From: an uncultured Gemmataceae bacterium
GTDB lineage: Bacteria; Planctomycetota; Planctomycetia; Gemmatales; Gemmataceae
Direction of reading: 5' to 3'
DNA: 64,000 nt
Assembly: GCA_963750165.1 (NCBI GenBank)
Contig: CAVVPN010000010.1
Span: 96,001-160,000, forward strand
This document shows, piece after piece, positions 62,510-64,000 of the stretch. The notes beneath the pieces were generated by a model. That model searched no databases, was not told where the DNA came from, and saw only the letters and a list, made by a program, of their open reading frames with translations. The first letter of the stretch is position 1; every line of letters starts with the position of its first letter. Position numbers and translations under genes: made by a program.

Positions 62510-64000
62510 ATGGACGACAAGGCCCAGGGAACGGCCGTGGCCCCCGCAACAGGCCTGGACAGCCTCAAGGATCTGACCGTCGCCATCCAGCGCAGCGCCG
62601 GCTTTCACCCGCTGGTGGCGGCGCTGCGCAACGGCGGCGGCGTCACCGTGGACGGCGCCTGGAACTCGTCCGCCGCGCTCGTGACCGCCGCCCTGTCCCT
62701 GCACGCGCCGCGCACCCTGGTCGTCGTCCTAGCCCACCCGCGCGACAACGATTTCTGGGCCGAGGACCTGCACAGTTTCGCCGGTGTCCGCTCCGTCCTC
62801 TTTCCCGCCTGGGACGCCTGGCCGGTGCGCGAGAGCGTCGTCGATGAAATTGGCGGTCAGCGGCTGCGCGTCCTCAACCAGCTCGACCACGAACCGCCGC
62901 GCCTGTTGCTCACCACCCTGCAAGCACTGCTGCAACCCGTCCCCGACCGCGGCCAACTGGCCGCCCAGCGCCGCGCCCTGCGCGTCGGCCAGACGCTCGC
63001 GCTGGACGAGTTCTGCGCCTGGCTCGTGCAGCACGGCTTCCAGCGCATGGAGGCGGTCGAGCTGCCCGGCGAGTTCTCGCTGCGCGGCGGCATCCTCGAT
63101 GTGTTCTCGCACGACGCTGAGGCTCCGTGCCGCGTCGAATTCTTCGGCGACGACATCGAGTCCATCCGCCAGTTCTCGCCGCAGACGCAGCGCAGCCTCG
63201 GCGAACTGCCGGCCACCGTCATCACCGCCGCCCACGAAACCACCGAGCCCCACAACGGCACCCCCACCGACCCGGATCGCGGCCACCTCGCCGACTACCT
63301 TCCCGCCGATGCCTGGGTGGTGCTCGTCGAACCGGACGATCTGCGCGAGCAGGGCAAGCACTTCCTCGAACGGGCCGGCGACCTGAACGGACTGTTCGCG
63401 CTGCCCGCGACCTTCAGCCACCTGCAGCGCTTCGCCCACGTCCGCCTGATCGCCCTGCCGAGCCCCGGCGCCGACGCGGCCTGTCACCTGCGCGTCGAGT
63501 CGGTCGAGCGCTTCAGCGGCGACGTGGCGAAGGTGCGCGACGAACTGGACGGCATCGCGTCTGGAGATCGTGTGCTGATCGCCTGCCACAACGAGGCGGA
63601 ACAACACCGCCTCGGCGAAGTGCTCAAAGCCGGCGCCCTGGCCCAGTCGGATCGGCTGCGGCTGGTGGTCGGCCGCCTGCACGCGGGCTTTCGCCTGGTG
63701 GACGCCCGCGTGCTCGTGCTCAGCGACCATGAACTGTTCCACCGCGAACAGGCCCGCAGCATTCTGCCGCGCCGCCAACTGGAATCGCGGGCCATCGACA
63801 GCTTCCTCGACCTGCAAGAGGGCGACCTGGTCGTCCACGTCAGCCAGGGCATCGCCCGCTTCCGCGGCATGCACATGCTGGAGAAGAACGGCCAGACCGA
63901 GGAGCACCTCATCCTGGAGTTCCGCGAGGGCACGCGCGTCTACGTGCCGGCGTCCAAGATCGACCTGGTGCAGAAGTACGTCGGCGGCTCCAACGCGGAG
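62510..64000 (+). CDS. mfd: Transcription-repair coupling factor (5' part, runs off the window)
   Basis: Open frame from ATG 62510 to the window end: PGEFSLRGGILDVF, RVEFFGDDIESIRQF...TQRS, LQEGDLVVHVSQGIARFRG, YVPASKIDLVQKY. Confidence 0.95.
   Translation, partial: MDDKAQGTAVAPATGLDSLKDLTVAIQRSAGFHPLVAALRNGGGVTVDGAWNSSAALVTAALSLHAPRTLVVVLAHPRDNDFWAEDLHSFAGVRSVLFPAWDAWPVRESVVDEIGGQRLRVLNQLDHEPPRLLLTTLQALLQPVPDRGQLAAQRRALRVGQTLALDEFCAWLVQHGFQRMEAVELPGEFSLRGGILDVFSHDAEAPCRVEFFGDDIESIRQFSPQTQRSLGELPATVITAAHETTEPHNGTPTDPDRGHLADYLPADAWVVLVEPDDLREQGKHFLERAGDLNGLFALPATFSHLQRFAHVRLIALPSPGADAACHLRVESVERFSGDVAKVRDELDGIASGDRVLIACHNEAEQHRLGEVLKAGALAQSDRLRLVVGRLHAGFRLVDARVLVLSDHELFHREQARSILPRRQLESRAIDSFLDLQEGDLVVHVSQGIARFRGMHMLEKNGQTEEHLILEFREGTRVYVPASKIDLVQKYVGGSNAE

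Overview
A GC-rich (roughly 65-70% by eye) bacterial chromosome segment, most likely from a planctomycete of the Gemmataceae. The evidence is the lineage-expanded 'MTEAEW...FGNPFR...LADALEEAGC...HVRGCWVLD' protein, PPC-domain and PQQ-like secreted proteins, and a MoxR/DUF58/VWA operon. Main blocks: (1) a small wHTH-like + TIR gene pair; (2) mixed metabolic and secreted proteins, 1.3-20 kb; (3) a 15-kb surface-glycan cluster (20.7-36.0 kb) with five methyltransferases, GT2/GT4/GT-C enzymes, rfbC and fcl, in which three enzymes share a 21-aa coiled-coil repeat plus a basic amphipathic tail; (4) an NHL-VWA-MoxR-DUF58-BatA operon interrupted by a HEPN toxin-antitoxin-like pair; (5) a minus-strand type II FAS/PKS-like operon (two FabZ-like dehydratases, FabG, an enlarged ACP, a catalytic KS plus a Cys-less KS/chain-length factor, an alpha/beta hydrolase and a GH3 acyl-amido synthetase), the best candidate here for an undescribed biosynthetic system; (6) a 28-aa basic protein missing from the ORF track, an SDR and a tricorn protease; (7) an accessory pocket (Rpn nuclease with an internal RBS+ATG, the Gemmataceae family gene, a putative AbrB-like/papain-like TA pair) followed by a partial mfd. 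Intergenic gaps carry many different palindromic repeat families. About ten genes have 1-2 nt frameshifts, nearly all at GCGC/CGCG contexts, which most likely reflect sequencing error. I saw no rRNA, tRNA or CRISPR array. All family calls come from motif recognition by eye; no searches were run.
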